A stretch of DNA of 43,885 bases, from IMG/VR virus record IMGVR_UViG_3300031260_000032, positions 1 to 43,885 of that record. One strand, written 5' to 3'. A program made the position numbers and the translations under genes. The notes beneath the pieces are model-generated. The model did not search any database. It was not told where the DNA came from and saw only the letters and a list, made by a program, of their open reading frames with translations. This stretch comes from a virus. Its lineage: Duplodnaviria; Caudoviricetes. Shown here piece after piece: positions 35,308-43,885 of this stretch (position 1 is the stretch's first letter; each line of letters begins with the position of its first letter).

Positions 35308-35669
35308 GGCAGCACCTCCAACATAAAGCTGGCTTGCCAGTAATCGCCGCCATTCGGGACAAGATCCACGAGCTTTTCGCTGCTCGGAGCCATGCGGACC
35401 TCGACCGTCGCGCCAGTCCGCGGGTGCGTCCACTCAAAGCGGAGAACTCCGTCCATCAGGGTGTCGTGCGCAAACTCCATGAGCGTTTCGGCCTGGGCGG
35501 AGGTACACAGAAACGACACGGCCATGGGCCACGGCACCAGGCCGGCCTTGCGGCGGACCTTGGGCGGGCCGGCGGACATCGACGACCTGAGTTGATTGTT
35601 CGGGAGGCCCTCGGAGTACCCCTGGACGAGCGGGGCAACGGGAAGCGTTGTCGGCCACAATATCGGCAT
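35304..35669 (-). CDS. Distal tail protein (gpM-like)
   Basis: WPTTLP...SMSAGPPKVRR...FEWTHP; follows tape measure. Confidence 0.75.
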   Translation of the reverse strand: MPILWPTTLPVAPLVQGYSEGLPNNQLRSSMSAGPPKVRRKAGLVPWPMAVSFLCTSAQAETLMEFAHDTLMDGVLRFEWTHPRTGATVEVRMAPSSEKLVDLVPNGGDYWQASFMLEVLP

Positions 35670-35672
35670 GGG

Positions 35673-37757
35673 CTACCCCCTCTGGACCAGCGCAGGGCGC
35701 ATGTTGTAGGTGTTGCGGAGGGACTTCTCAGAGGCCGTCCCGTACTTCGAAATGTTCTTCGACGTCGCCTCGTCCACATACATCTCGATGGTCTTGCCCC
35801 CGTTGCCGTCGTTTTTGACCTTGGCGTCGACCTTTGTCCCTGGGGCGTTGTTATGGACCACGATGTTGACGTTCCCTCCGCCACCAGCCACGCCCAGCGC
35901 CCCGTCAGGCCCGCGCTTCAGCGGCATGATTGCCTCGGGGCCAGCCTCGCCCATGAGGCCGACGCCACGCGCGAACGGGAAAATTGTTGGGCTGCTGACG
36001 ATCTGGCCAGAGTAGGCGGACAGGCCTGGTGAATTGAACACGTTCCCCTTGGCGTTGACCGAGAAGAAGCTGCTCATTTCCCCGGCGTAATTGAACCCAG
36101 AGCTGGCCGACCCCGCAGCGGACGACGGACCAGCAAACAGCCCGGAAATGAAATCTCCGGCGGCGCTGCCGAGCGGGCCGACGATCTGTTGCTGCACGAC
36201 GATGCGCATCATGTCGCGGATGATGGAGTCGGTGAAATCCGAAAACGACGCCTTGCCCGTCACCGCGAAGTCCACGAGCGCGTCGCCCATGTTCTGGAAC
36301 GCGCCGGACACGGTGTCCTCCATGGCTTTGGCCGCATACGTGCCCCAGGAGGTCACGTCTTCGACCACGGCTTTCTCTTCAGCGGCTGCGGTCTCGCGGG
36401 CCTTTACTGTCCCTGCGACCGCGTCGATGCGGGCCTGCTCGTAATCGCTCCAATACTCGTCCAGGGTTGCGGCGGCTTTTTTGCCGTCGTTGAGCATTTT
36501 TTCATATGCCTTTTTCGTGGCGTCATCTTGCTTTCCGCCACCAGCTGCGGCTCCAGGGCTTTTGGATCCACCGCCGGATATTGCTGCCGCCAGCGCCGGG
36601 GCTGCAGAGGCGCTTTCGGAGCGAGCCTTGTCTATATTTTTTCGTAATTCTGTGAATAAATTATTGATAAACTCGGTATTTTCGCCAACGGCGTCCATGC
36701 CCTTGGTCGCCTCTTCCCTGGTCTGCTCGATGGTCGCGCGCATCGCCCTGATCTGGTCGCTGCTCAGACTCACAGACATCGGAAGGTAGTCGTACAAGCC
36801 CATATACATATCGAGCGCAAGCTCTTCTATTTCGACGATCCCCAGCTTGAGCGTATTGAATGCGCCCTTGATGCCGTTGATCGGGAAGGCCAGCGCCTCG
36901 ACCGCGTATGATGCCGTTTCGAACGCCGACAAGATTGCCCCAGACGTTTCGTGAGCCCACTCTTTCAGCTGTATTTTTCCGGTTTCAGTCAGGAAGGTGG
37001 CGGTGAAGTCGGCCATTGACTCTTTGAGAAAATCAAACGGGCCGCTGTCCATCACCTCCTTTTTCCAAAGGGTCCACTGGTCGGCCATGTTTGACGTCGT
37101 GCCTTCCCAGGTCTTTGACTGGGCAATCATGCTCCCCTCAAACCTGTCGAAAACACCCCCGAGCGCGTCGGTGATGCCTTGCTGCGTCTTGGCGGCCGTC
37201 GCCACCATCTGCTGGCCGTTCTCCTGCCACGAGAACGTGACCGTGTCGCCCTCGGTCTTCGCCCTGACGCCGAACTCCTTGAGTCTTTCGAACTCTCCGG
37301 TCGCTGCGTCGGCGAACATTTCGACGGCCTGGTCCAGGGACTTGCCCATGGCCGCGGCTGTATCCCCGAGGAGGGGCATGAACTCGACAGCGTCCATGCC
37401 GTATGCGGTCAGCTTCCTAAATCCGCTTGCGACCTCTTCGAGCTGGAAAGGGGTGGTTGCCGTGAAGTCGGTGATCCACGACATGGCCTGCCCTGCGGCT
37501 GCTGCAGACCCGGTGATGGTCTGTAGCGACACCTCCATTTTTTCGAACCCTGACGCCACGCGCAGCAGCTCCGAGCCACCAGCGGCCAGTGCGCCGCCAG
37601 TAAAGTACCCAGCCAGCCCGGCAAGGGCTGTGTTCACGGTCAGCACCTGGCGCTGCATGCCCTGCAGTTCCGTGCCCATCCTGCGCCCTGCAGACGCAAC
37701 CACACTCGACAGGTTGTCCTTGCCGCTGATGATGATCTGGGTCGTCGCTGTGCTCAT
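35673..37757 (-). CDS. Tape measure protein
   Basis: 694 aa, Ala-rich helical; TPFQLEEV; lambda-type C-terminal GLMGEAGPEAIMPL. Confidence 0.93.
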   Translation of the reverse strand: MSTATTQIIISGKDNLSSVVASAGRRMGTELQGMQRQVLTVNTALAGLAGYFTGGALAAGGSELLRVASGFEKMEVSLQTITGSAAAAGQAMSWITDFTATTPFQLEEVASGFRKLTAYGMDAVEFMPLLGDTAAAMGKSLDQAVEMFADAATGEFERLKEFGVRAKTEGDTVTFSWQENGQQMVATAAKTQQGITDALGGVFDRFEGSMIAQSKTWEGTTSNMADQWTLWKKEVMDSGPFDFLKESMADFTATFLTETGKIQLKEWAHETSGAILSAFETASYAVEALAFPINGIKGAFNTLKLGIVEIEELALDMYMGLYDYLPMSVSLSSDQIRAMRATIEQTREEATKGMDAVGENTEFINNLFTELRKNIDKARSESASAAPALAAAISGGGSKSPGAAAGGGKQDDATKKAYEKMLNDGKKAAATLDEYWSDYEQARIDAVAGTVKARETAAAEEKAVVEDVTSWGTYAAKAMEDTVSGAFQNMGDALVDFAVTGKASFSDFTDSIIRDMMRIVVQQQIVGPLGSAAGDFISGLFAGPSSAAGSASSGFNYAGEMSSFFSVNAKGNVFNSPGLSAYSGQIVSSPTIFPFARGVGLMGEAGPEAIMPLKRGPDGALGVAGGGGNVNIVVHNNAPGTKVDAKVKNDGNGGKTIEMYVDEATSKNISKYGTASEKSLRNTYNMRPALVQRG

Positions 37758-38083
37758 TGCGTTTTCCTTGCGTGCGCGAGGGCTTCTTTTTCCAGCGCCT
37801 TAATGCGCCACATGTTCGCCTGGTGCATTTCGATGCCCAAGGTCTCGGCAACCAGCCAGACGGCCGGGTAGTCCAGGCCGACTGGCCCGCCCATTCCGAC
37901 ACGCCATTGCGTCTGAACCATGGCCCAGAGTTCCCAGGCCGGGCCGTTTTCCGGAAGCAGGTCCGGACACCTGCCCGAGCAGGCTGCGCAGCTCAGGGGC
38001 CTGTCTGATTGCTGCGCAGCCTTGATGCAGGTCTGGCAGTATGTCAGGCCGTCGCCGTGCCACTGCCAGACCTCAACAAGTTT
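37754..38083 (-). CDS. Tail assembly chaperone frameshift extension (gpT-like, DUF1799-type)
   Basis: -1 frame from slippery site: KLVEVWQW...PENGPAWELW...TQWRVGMGGPVGLDY; stop overlaps TMP ATG. Confidence 0.85.
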   Translation of the reverse strand, partial: KLVEVWQWHGDGLTYCQTCIKAAQQSDRPLSCAACSGRCPDLLPENGPAWELWAMVQTQWRVGMGGPVGLDYPAVWLVAETLGIEMHQANMWRIKALEKEALAHARKTQ

Positions 38084-38343
38084 TTTACGGAGTCAGGACC
38101 GGCCAGCGAGTAGCTCGCCGTCACGCGGGCAAGGTGGGCAAGATCTGCAGACGGCAACACTCCTTCTCCTTCCAGAGCAAGGCTCGGGTACGCCATGGTC
38201 AGGACCCTGTCCTGATACTCTGTCGCGGACAGCTTGGCAGAGACCAGGTCCACCTGCAGGCGCTCGACCTCTTTGGCTTGCGCCCTGGTCAGACTTTTCA
38301 GCGGATGCATTTTTCCGCTTTCGGGCAGTTCGATTTCGTACAT
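38044..38343 (-). CDS. Tail assembly chaperone (gpG-like)
   Basis: 99 aa between tube and TMP; slippery A AAA AAC at 38086-38080. Confidence 0.85.
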   Translation of the reverse strand: MYEIELPESGKMHPLKSLTRAQAKEVERLQVDLVSAKLSATEYQDRVLTMAYPSLALEGEGVLPSADLAHLARVTASYSLAGPDSVKNLLRSGSGTATA

Positions 38344-38424
38344 GATGTCGCTCCTTATGTGCTCCGGGCGCCGGGACGGGGAGCGACTACCGCCCCCGCG
38401 TCCGCCACCGCCCGAAGGTGATGG

Positions 38425-39378
38425 TTATGCGTAGCTCGCCACGGCGTTGATGAGGGTGGCAACGAACGCCGAAGCGGCCGGCGCGTTGGAGTAGTAACCC
38501 TTGAAGCCGAGTTGTTCGACTACGCCTGCAGGGCCGGTGATGCCCGGCGACTTCTGCTCATAAAGAAGCTCGGGCAATTCGAACTTGAGGCTGTGCGAGC
38601 CCTTGGTCAGGGTCACTGTCAGCGAGGATTCGGTCAGGTTCGCGGCCTTGTCCTGCAGGGTCGTGTCCGAGAACAGGGCGGTCAATGATCCTTCAACGGC
38701 GACGATGCCTTCGGGAATATCTCCAAGTACGCCGCCACCACCGATGACGTACTTGTCCGTCTCGAGGCCAAACGTCAGGTTGATGTTCAGTTCGGTCACG
38801 CGAGCGATGGCCGATCCCCCTTCCAGAATCGCGGCCTGGAAATTGTTCAGCCTGTCCAAGGCTATCGCGGTCGGGGTCGCGTCATACGGCGTTTCGCTGG
38901 CAGCCGACTCGGATGCGCCAACGATACCGAGATTGGCAACGAGCTCCCCGTCGCCGCCAAACGGGAGGCCGAGCGTAGAAATCTTGATGCCATTCTGTTT
39001 GAGGTATTTCTGGGCCGAGCCGAAATCGAACTTCTTGTCGGCGACAAGGGACGGCTGCGATGTTCCGATCTTGAACACGTGCGTGTACGGACCGGCGCCG
39101 GTCGTCGTCGGCGCACCGAACATGGCCCGGAGCCACCAGGGGAACGCTGTCAGGTCCACCGGAACAACCGCGTTGCCTGCAACGGACTTATTTCCAGCGA
39201 ACGGCTCAACGGGGTTACGCGTGCCAGTCAGCGTCTGCGCCGTGTTGAGGTTGCGAGATCCGGACACGTCCCACGAGTTGATGGGCATGCGCTTTCCGTC
39301 CGGGGATGCAGGGTCCTGGCCAAACGTGGTCTCAAAGTCGATTACGAGTTGGCTGTTATAGCCGCGTGCTTGTGCCAT
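38425..39378 (-). CDS. Major tail tube protein
   Basis: 317 aa; FETTFG, YTHVFK, VEGSLTALF; AGGAGG RBS. Confidence 0.88.
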   Translation of the reverse strand: MAQARGYNSQLVIDFETTFGQDPASPDGKRMPINSWDVSGSRNLNTAQTLTGTRNPVEPFAGNKSVAGNAVVPVDLTAFPWWLRAMFGAPTTTGAGPYTHVFKIGTSQPSLVADKKFDFGSAQKYLKQNGIKISTLGLPFGGDGELVANLGIVGASESAASETPYDATPTAIALDRLNNFQAAILEGGSAIARVTELNINLTFGLETDKYVIGGGGVLGDIPEGIVAVEGSLTALFSDTTLQDKAANLTESSLTVTLTKGSHSLKFELPELLYEQKSPGITGPAGVVEQLGFKGYYSNAPAASAFVATLINAVASYA

Positions 39379-39388
39379 GGGGCACCTC

Positions 39389-39856
39389 CTAAAGGGTTAC
39401 AGAGGCCCCGATGAGCTGGGGCACGTTGATTGTGATGTCCATCATGCCTAAAAACAGCGGGAACTGCTCCAGTGCAGCGACCGCGAAAGTCCTGTCGGTC
39501 AGGGCTATCACCGGGGATGCTCCGCACAGGCTTGTCCATATTGCCTCGCCAAGCCTGTCCGACTTGAGCAGCCCGTTGTATTTTTTCGAGCGCCCGGACT
39601 CGGTGACGGAAGCATCCGAAATTAGCCAGTCCACCGAAACCGAATACACATACTCGGACGATTCCTGGCCGCCACGGTTCGTCCCGGGGACGATGACGAT
39701 GCAAGGGGCGTCATCTGCGCCGGGCATGTTGCGCGTGTCTTCGCCGATGATGACTTTCGGCTCTTCTCCCGTGTCAGCCACCCATGCAGCCGTGAGCGTG
39801 GCGTCGGCCAAAAGGTGATCGCTGAACTTGTTCGCCAGATCCGAGTTTGTAATCAC
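39389..39856 (-). CDS. Tail terminator-like protein
   Basis: 155 aa; position before tube gene. Confidence 0.65.
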   Translation of the reverse strand: MITNSDLANKFSDHLLADATLTAAWVADTGEEPKVIIGEDTRNMPGADDAPCIVIVPGTNRGGQESSEYVYSVSVDWLISDASVTESGRSKKYNGLLKSDRLGEAIWTSLCGASPVIALTDRTFAVAALEQFPLFLGMMDITINVPQLIGASVTL

Positions 39857-40578
39857 AGGCTGTCCCTCACGTACTGGGTTGCGGCCTTGCCCGAGAAGCC
39901 CCGGACGTAGGCGTGGATGCGCAGCTCAAACTTGCGCAAAAGATCCTTGCCCTCGTCATCCCAGACCGGTTGGACAAGAGGGCGCCCCGGGACGCGGATC
40001 GACCCCTTTTCCAACCCGAGCCCGGACGCGAAAAAGTGCTTGCGCATCTTTGTCGTGACCGGGATGTCGAACCCTTGCTGTATTTTTGCTGCGAGCTTGC
40101 GGGACTGAAACGACATCCACCCGACCTTGACCGACTGATCTGCGCGGCTCACGACGTAGGCGATGGGGGACTTGCCAGCCATGCCCCCGGCCCGGCCAAG
40201 CTGACCGTAAAAAGACCTTGCCCTGGTCCTGCGCAGCGATGCCCCGCCCTTGACCGCTGGGTTAGGCTGGTCCTTGACGCCGGAGACGCCCGCCCACTTT
40301 GCCGACCTGGACCCGCCCTGGCGCAGGGCGGTGAGCATCTTGACGCGCAGCTGGTAGCCAATGGACTTGAGGGCGCGGTTGAACTCGTTCGGGAACTCCC
40401 TGGCCAGATGCCGCAGGTAGTCGCCGCCACCGTCGAGCACGTCGAGGCGCACGCCGAAAGCCTTGTCGAAATAGACAGGGTTGCGGCGTTGCTTGAGCAC
40501 CATGGTGAACTCGCCATCCACTTGGCGTTCGACCCACTTGCTGGTCGTGATGTAGGTGTCTGGCGCGAAGTCGCTCAC
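39853..40578 (-). CDS. Neck/tail completion protein
   Basis: Basic 241 aa; VPGRPLVQP motif; position. Confidence 0.65.
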   Translation of the reverse strand: MSDFAPDTYITTSKWVERQVDGEFTMVLKQRRNPVYFDKAFGVRLDVLDGGGDYLRHLAREFPNEFNRALKSIGYQLRVKMLTALRQGGSRSAKWAGVSGVKDQPNPAVKGGASLRRTRARSFYGQLGRAGGMAGKSPIAYVVSRADQSVKVGWMSFQSRKLAAKIQQGFDIPVTTKMRKHFFASGLGLEKGSIRVPGRPLVQPVWDDEGKDLLRKFELRIHAYVRGFSGKAATQYVRDSL

Positions 40579-40901
40579 TTTTTGGCCCTCACTCCAGCCT
40601 CACAGATTACCCGCCACGTCCCGGCAGTGCGGTCATTGATGACGCGGTTGATGTCGACCACGGTCCAGATCGTCCCGTCGGATTCGGTGAACGTGTCCCG
40701 GTAGGTGATGGCCGGCACGTCCTGCTTGCTGACGCGGATCTGGGCGACACGCTGCGAGCGGCCGGAGACTTCGGTCTTGCCCTCGGGCTGGTCGGTGATG
40801 AGCGCGGGGACATCGGGCGTTGCCACACCTGCGGCCGTGGTCCACGTGGCCAGCACGCCCATCTCAATGATCATATTTCTCACGTCGTCAGCTATCGCCA
40901 T
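40575..40901 (-). CDS. Head-tail adaptor/stopper (gpFII-like)
   Basis: 108 aa beta-rich; first tail-module gene. Confidence 0.7.
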   Translation of the reverse strand: MAIADDVRNMIIEMGVLATWTTAAGVATPDVPALITDQPEGKTEVSGRSQRVAQIRVSKQDVPAITYRDTFTESDGTIWTVVDINRVINDRTAGTWRVICEAGVRAKK

Positions 40902-41034
40902 TCGTCACCTCGCGGATCTGTCCGCGCTTGCGTTTCGGTTTGCAGTTCCGTTTTTCCTGGCACATGATCGCCGCGACAACCGTCGCGCTTTTCCCGAGCT
41001 TCCGCCTCATCCGCTTGGACCGTGCGTGGTTCAT
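40888..41034 (-). CDS. Small basic protein (48 aa)
   Basis: MNHARSKRMRRKLGK...; AAGGAA RBS; below ORF-track cutoff. Confidence 0.45.
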   Translation of the reverse strand: MNHARSKRMRRKLGKSATVVAAIMCQEKRNCKPKRKRGQIREVTNGDS

Positions 41035-41247
41035 GTCTTCCTTTAAGTTGGGGCTGGAGGTGCTTTAAGTCTCCCGCCCCTGGCGTCGGGTAGTTCTCCT
41101 GCAAAGGGAGATGTTGCCGAAAAATTGCCGCGGCCCCGGTTATTATCGAAACGAAACCCTCATCCGATTCGGGCCGACACACCGGGCAAGGTAGATCTGG
41201 ATCACCTCCGCACGGGGCCGCGGGCTGAAGTCCTAGACTCCGAAATT
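41035..41247 (-). ncRNA. Structured non-coding region, unclassified
   Basis: 11-bp closing stem CCGCGGCCCCG/CGGGGCCGCGG with internal and flanking hairpins. Confidence 0.35.
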
Positions 41248-41400
41248 TCAACCGCCCAGCATGAGCATCCTGGCCAGATGCGGGCCTATGCAATTCCACA
41301 CGTCGGCCAGCGGCGTACCCGTGAGCATTGCCACGCACAGCACGATTGTGGCGCATCCGGCGATGACGCAGAGCAGGATCAGGCGCATTTTGGTCAGCAT
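41248..41400 (-). CDS. Small membrane protein
   Basis: MLTKMRLILLCVIAGCATIVLCVAML; GAGGAG RBS. Confidence 0.55.
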   Translation of the reverse strand: MLTKMRLILLCVIAGCATIVLCVAMLTGTPLADVWNCIGPHLARMLMLGG

Positions 41401-41879
41401 ATGGCAGTCTCCTCGCCGACAAGCGGAAGGGCCTCGGTCGCATCGGCGACTTTGCACGCGTCCACCCACTTTACGGCCTTGGCGTACAGGTCAGCGATTC
41501 GATGCCGCGCAGTGCGGAGGATGAATCCAGCTCCAGACCGCTGGTCGATGACCCGGTGCATGTTTGTGTCAAAATTTTCGTCCACGTCGTACTCGGCCCG
41601 ATCCAGCCACTCGTCTGCAGCTGCTGGCGTCATTTTGCCGGACTCAATCTTGCGCACAGCGGCCTGCCAGATGAGGTCCGTCTCGACGTCGTGGACATTG
41701 CAGACCATGCGCACGGGCAGGCCCAGGATGCGGTCAGGGACGAGCTTGCCTTCCAGGCCAGCACGGCCGCACCCGTTGCCTCGCGCTGTGATTTCAGCCT
41801 CTGTCATCGCCGCAACTTGCAAGGAGACGACGAGCGTCACGCCCCAGGTAGGGTAGTGCTTGCGGCAGATGGCGCTCAT
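41394..41879 (-). CDS. Phospholipase A2-like fold protein (putative)
   Basis: NGCG...VPD...CNVHD...VDENFDTNM...ADLYAKAV. Confidence 0.6.
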   Translation of the reverse strand: MSAICRKHYPTWGVTLVVSLQVAAMTEAEITARGNGCGRAGLEGKLVPDRILGLPVRMVCNVHDVETDLIWQAAVRKIESGKMTPAAADEWLDRAEYDVDENFDTNMHRVIDQRSGAGFILRTARHRIADLYAKAVKWVDACKVADATEALPLVGEETAIC

Positions 41880-42190
41880 TTCGTCACCCCGAGCACGTCG
41901 CTCACGTTGTCGCCCAAGGACTGAACGACCGTGCCGACGCCGGACTCATCGGCCGTCATGTTGCCCGTGCGGTTGCCGTCGTTGATCTGGATGACGGATG
42001 CCTCCGGGCAATAGAGGAAGGCGCTGCTGGTCGCGTTGATGCCGGCCTCGTTGATGATCAGGGTCTTTGTGCTGCAGCCCCAGAGGATGAAGCCGACCCA
42101 GACAAGGGCGGCGACAGCGGCCAGCATCTTGATGCTCGTCCACATGCCGGCGGTGAGGTCGGCCAAAAATTCTTCGCGAAAATCAAACAT
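41876..42190 (-). CDS. Lipoprotein in lysis cassette (spanin candidate)
   Basis: Hydrophobic helix ending in lipobox ILWG-C. Confidence 0.6.
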   Translation of the reverse strand: MFDFREEFLADLTAGMWTSIKMLAAVAALVWVGFILWGCSTKTLIINEAGINATSSAFLYCPEASVIQINDGNRTGNMTADESGVGTVVQSLGDNVSDVLGVTK

Positions 42191-42723
42191 CAGATCACCC
42201 CCATCAGATCCCTGACCCTGTTGATCCACCCGTCCAGAAAGTCGCGGCGGGAATCCCCGCGGCGCCCGCGACGTCCGTACTCCGCCAGGCGCAGCGCGCA
42301 CATGCAAAACGCCACAGCGCTCGGATCGCAGTGCTTGACGGCCGTCATCGTCTGCGGACCCATGACGCCGTCGATATCGACGTAGTCGGTCCCAGCGATC
42401 CGGCAGAGCGCGTCCTGCAGGCACTGGACAGCGTAGACGCGGCCCATGTTCTGGGCGGTGCAAACGAAGACGGCGCGCAGGCGGCGGGGCAGCAGCTCGA
42501 AATCGGCCTGGTATTTCTCGTCGTAGAATTCGTGGACGGCCGCCTCGTACTCGGGGCCGGAGGTGATGCCGGCGTCAACGAGCTGCCAGACGCGGGCCTG
42601 CGGATGGTAGACGCGGGAAATGCCCGCAGCGGACTGGCCGCCACGGTCGCCTGGAATGTCGGTCACGGCCATGGTTTCCCAGGAGAGTAGCCAGGTGCGC
42701 ATTTGCTGCCACGTGGTGATCAT
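42190..42723 (-). CDS. Endolysin, glycoside hydrolase family 108 with PG-binding C-terminus
   Basis: WE...DRGGQSAAGIS; IDGVMGPQT; FLDGWINRV; start MITTW at 42723. Confidence 0.85.
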   Translation of the reverse strand: MITTWQQMRTWLLSWETMAVTDIPGDRGGQSAAGISRVYHPQARVWQLVDAGITSGPEYEAAVHEFYDEKYQADFELLPRRLRAVFVCTAQNMGRVYAVQCLQDALCRIAGTDYVDIDGVMGPQTMTAVKHCDPSAVAFCMCALRLAEYGRRGRRGDSRRDFLDGWINRVRDLMGVI

Positions 42724-43016
42724 TTCGTCCCCCGCTCGTTGATGATCTCGGCCTTTTCCTTTTCGCCGATGGGCAGGAACTGCACGGCTGCGCGCAGCAT
42801 CCGGAAAACGATGTCGAGCTTTTTCCCGATCTCGTCGTCCAGTTCGTCCTGGCGGTTCTGGATTGCGTCGATGCGATCGGTCATCTGCTTTGCGCAAGCA
42901 GTCCTGCATTTCTCGCAGTCAGAACTCGACACGCTGCGCAGGCTCGATATCCATCCACCAACCGCCGTGAGGCAGAGGCCTCCGAGCGTGATTTCCAGTC
43001 CAGTCAATTCCATCAT
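42720..43016 (-). CDS. Holin-like single-TM coiled-coil protein
   Basis: N-terminal TM, CxxCxxxC, directly upstream of endolysin. Confidence 0.5.
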   Translation of the reverse strand: MMELTGLEITLGGLCLTAVGGWISSLRSVSSSDCEKCRTACAKQMTDRIDAIQNRQDELDDEIGKKLDIVFRMLRAAVQFLPIGEKEKAEIINERGTK

Positions 43017-43022
43017 CCTCTC

Positions 43023-43217
43023 CTACTCGCCCGTCAGTTCGCCCCGGGCCTGGGCAAATTCTTGCGCCTGCGCCTCGAACCACTCTGCCAAATCCGGCAA
43101 AAAAGCCTCGTCTTCGGGCAGCACTTTGCCGCCGTTGAGCCGTGCCGCGATTATGCGTGTCTGGCGCTGCGTGAGTTGCGGGGCAAAGCCCTTTGTCCAA
43201 CGGTCGATGTCGAGCAT
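43023..43217 (-). CDS. Hypothetical protein
   Basis: MLDIDRW start; TAATG coupling; GGAGG RBS. Confidence 0.65.
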   Translation of the reverse strand: MLDIDRWTKGFAPQLTQRQTRIIAARLNGGKVLPEDEAFLPDLAEWFEAQAQEFAQARGELTGE

Positions 43218-43885
43218 TACGACACCCTCCACACGCGCAGGATCACCGCCGCGTTGCCGTTCTGGACAAGCGTCACGTCCGAGAACGCGCCGTCGAAGGC
43301 TACCGGGTCGCCGTAGTCCACATATTCAGGAGTCGTGAACGCCGTCGTACTGACCACGCTTGCCGACTCCAGTGACGCCCCATTGACCTGCACGAAATGC
43401 ACGTAGTAGGTTGTGGACGGGTCAAGAGCTTCGACATTGACCGTCTGCTCCCCGCTCGTCGTCACAGACTGCGAAAGCGCGGCCTTAACCGTCGCTGCTG
43501 TCTCCGTGGCGTTCGTGCTGGCGAGGAAATAGAGCGCGCCATTGCCGTCGTCGGTTGAGACTGACGCCGTTGCGGTCGTGGCGCTGGTTGCTGTTGCTGA
43601 CGGAGAGGTGAGGACGGGGGCGGTTTCGTCGGTTATCAGTGCTCCGTCATACGCGCCAATGCTCGGAATTGCGGCACGAGCAGAGCCCGTGTAGTCATCG
43701 TCCGGGGCATACGTTGTTTCGCCGTATTCGATTCCGTCGCCACCAGCAGTGATGAAATAGTCTTCGGGTGTTGTTCCACCTTGGTTGCTAAAATTCGGGT
43801 TTCCTGTGCGCGAGTTTGCAGGGGAGAATCCAGTTGACGGAGACGTAAACAGTTCTAAATAATTGATTATGCAATTGTATGTCAG
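43217..43885 (-). CDS. C-terminal part of large virion/adhesin-like protein (choice-of-anchor-Q-like + FN3-like), enters from right edge
   Basis: Open 223 codons from 43885: ...GNPNF...DYTGSARAAIPSIGAYD...TAPVLT...LDPSTTYYVHFVQ. Confidence 0.8.
   Translation of the reverse strand: MTYNCIINYLELFTSPSTGFSPANSRTGNPNFSNQGGTTPEDYFITAGGDGIEYGETTYAPDDDYTGSARAAIPSIGAYDGALITDETAPVLTSPSATATSATTATASVSTDDGNGALYFLASTNATETAATVKAALSQSVTTSGEQTVNVEALDPSTTYYVHFVQVNGASLESASVVSTTAFTTPEYVDYGDPVAFDGAFSDVTLVQNGNAAVILRVWRVS

Larger units (their letters stand above)
1..43885. mobile_element. Temperate lambda-like siphovirus genome, near complete, circular (attP) configuration
   Basis: Head, tail, lysis, lysogeny and replication modules all present; no host genes; attP internal with phage genes on both sides; no sheath or baseplate genes. 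Confidence 0.95.

Noticed and set aside
41140-41175. Hammerhead-like CGGATGAG segment
   Set aside because: Core deviates from CUGAUGA and no properly placed GAAA on the same strand
43860-43885. Terminal direct repeat proving circularity
   Set aside because: No sequence overlap with the window start

Overview
The window is a near-complete genome of a temperate, lambda-like siphovirus (long non-contractile tail; GC-rich), in the circular/excised gene order. It has an intact attP, and both window ends lie inside what looks like one large minus-strand gene. Almost all genes are on the minus strand. Reading downward from ~20.2 kb: a cos-like site, SF3 helicase, origin, primase, accessory genes, C5 DNA methyltransferase, terS/terL (GpA type), a self-contained five-gene IbrA/IbrB moron, then gpW, portal, S49 protease/scaffold, decoration protein, major capsid, TraR-like protein and putative head-fibre genes. 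The order wraps to 43.9 kb and continues with the lysis cassette, tail module (with a -1 frameshift chaperone), tail fibre, a membrane moron, cI/cro switch, early genes, xis, and a convergent tyrosine integrase next to attP (3' part of tRNA-Arg(CCT)). Most notable: (i) the promoter- and terminator-bounded PP-loop/ParB (IbrAB) cassette with two unknown partners and an RHH regulator, a candidate phage DNA-modification system; (ii) cos-like site and attP ~200 bp apart, with att separating the replication genes from the lytic promoter and cos ~8.7 kb from terS; (iii) a structured non-coding region and a PLA2-like gene in the lysis region. All family assignments are from motif recognition by eye, without database searches.
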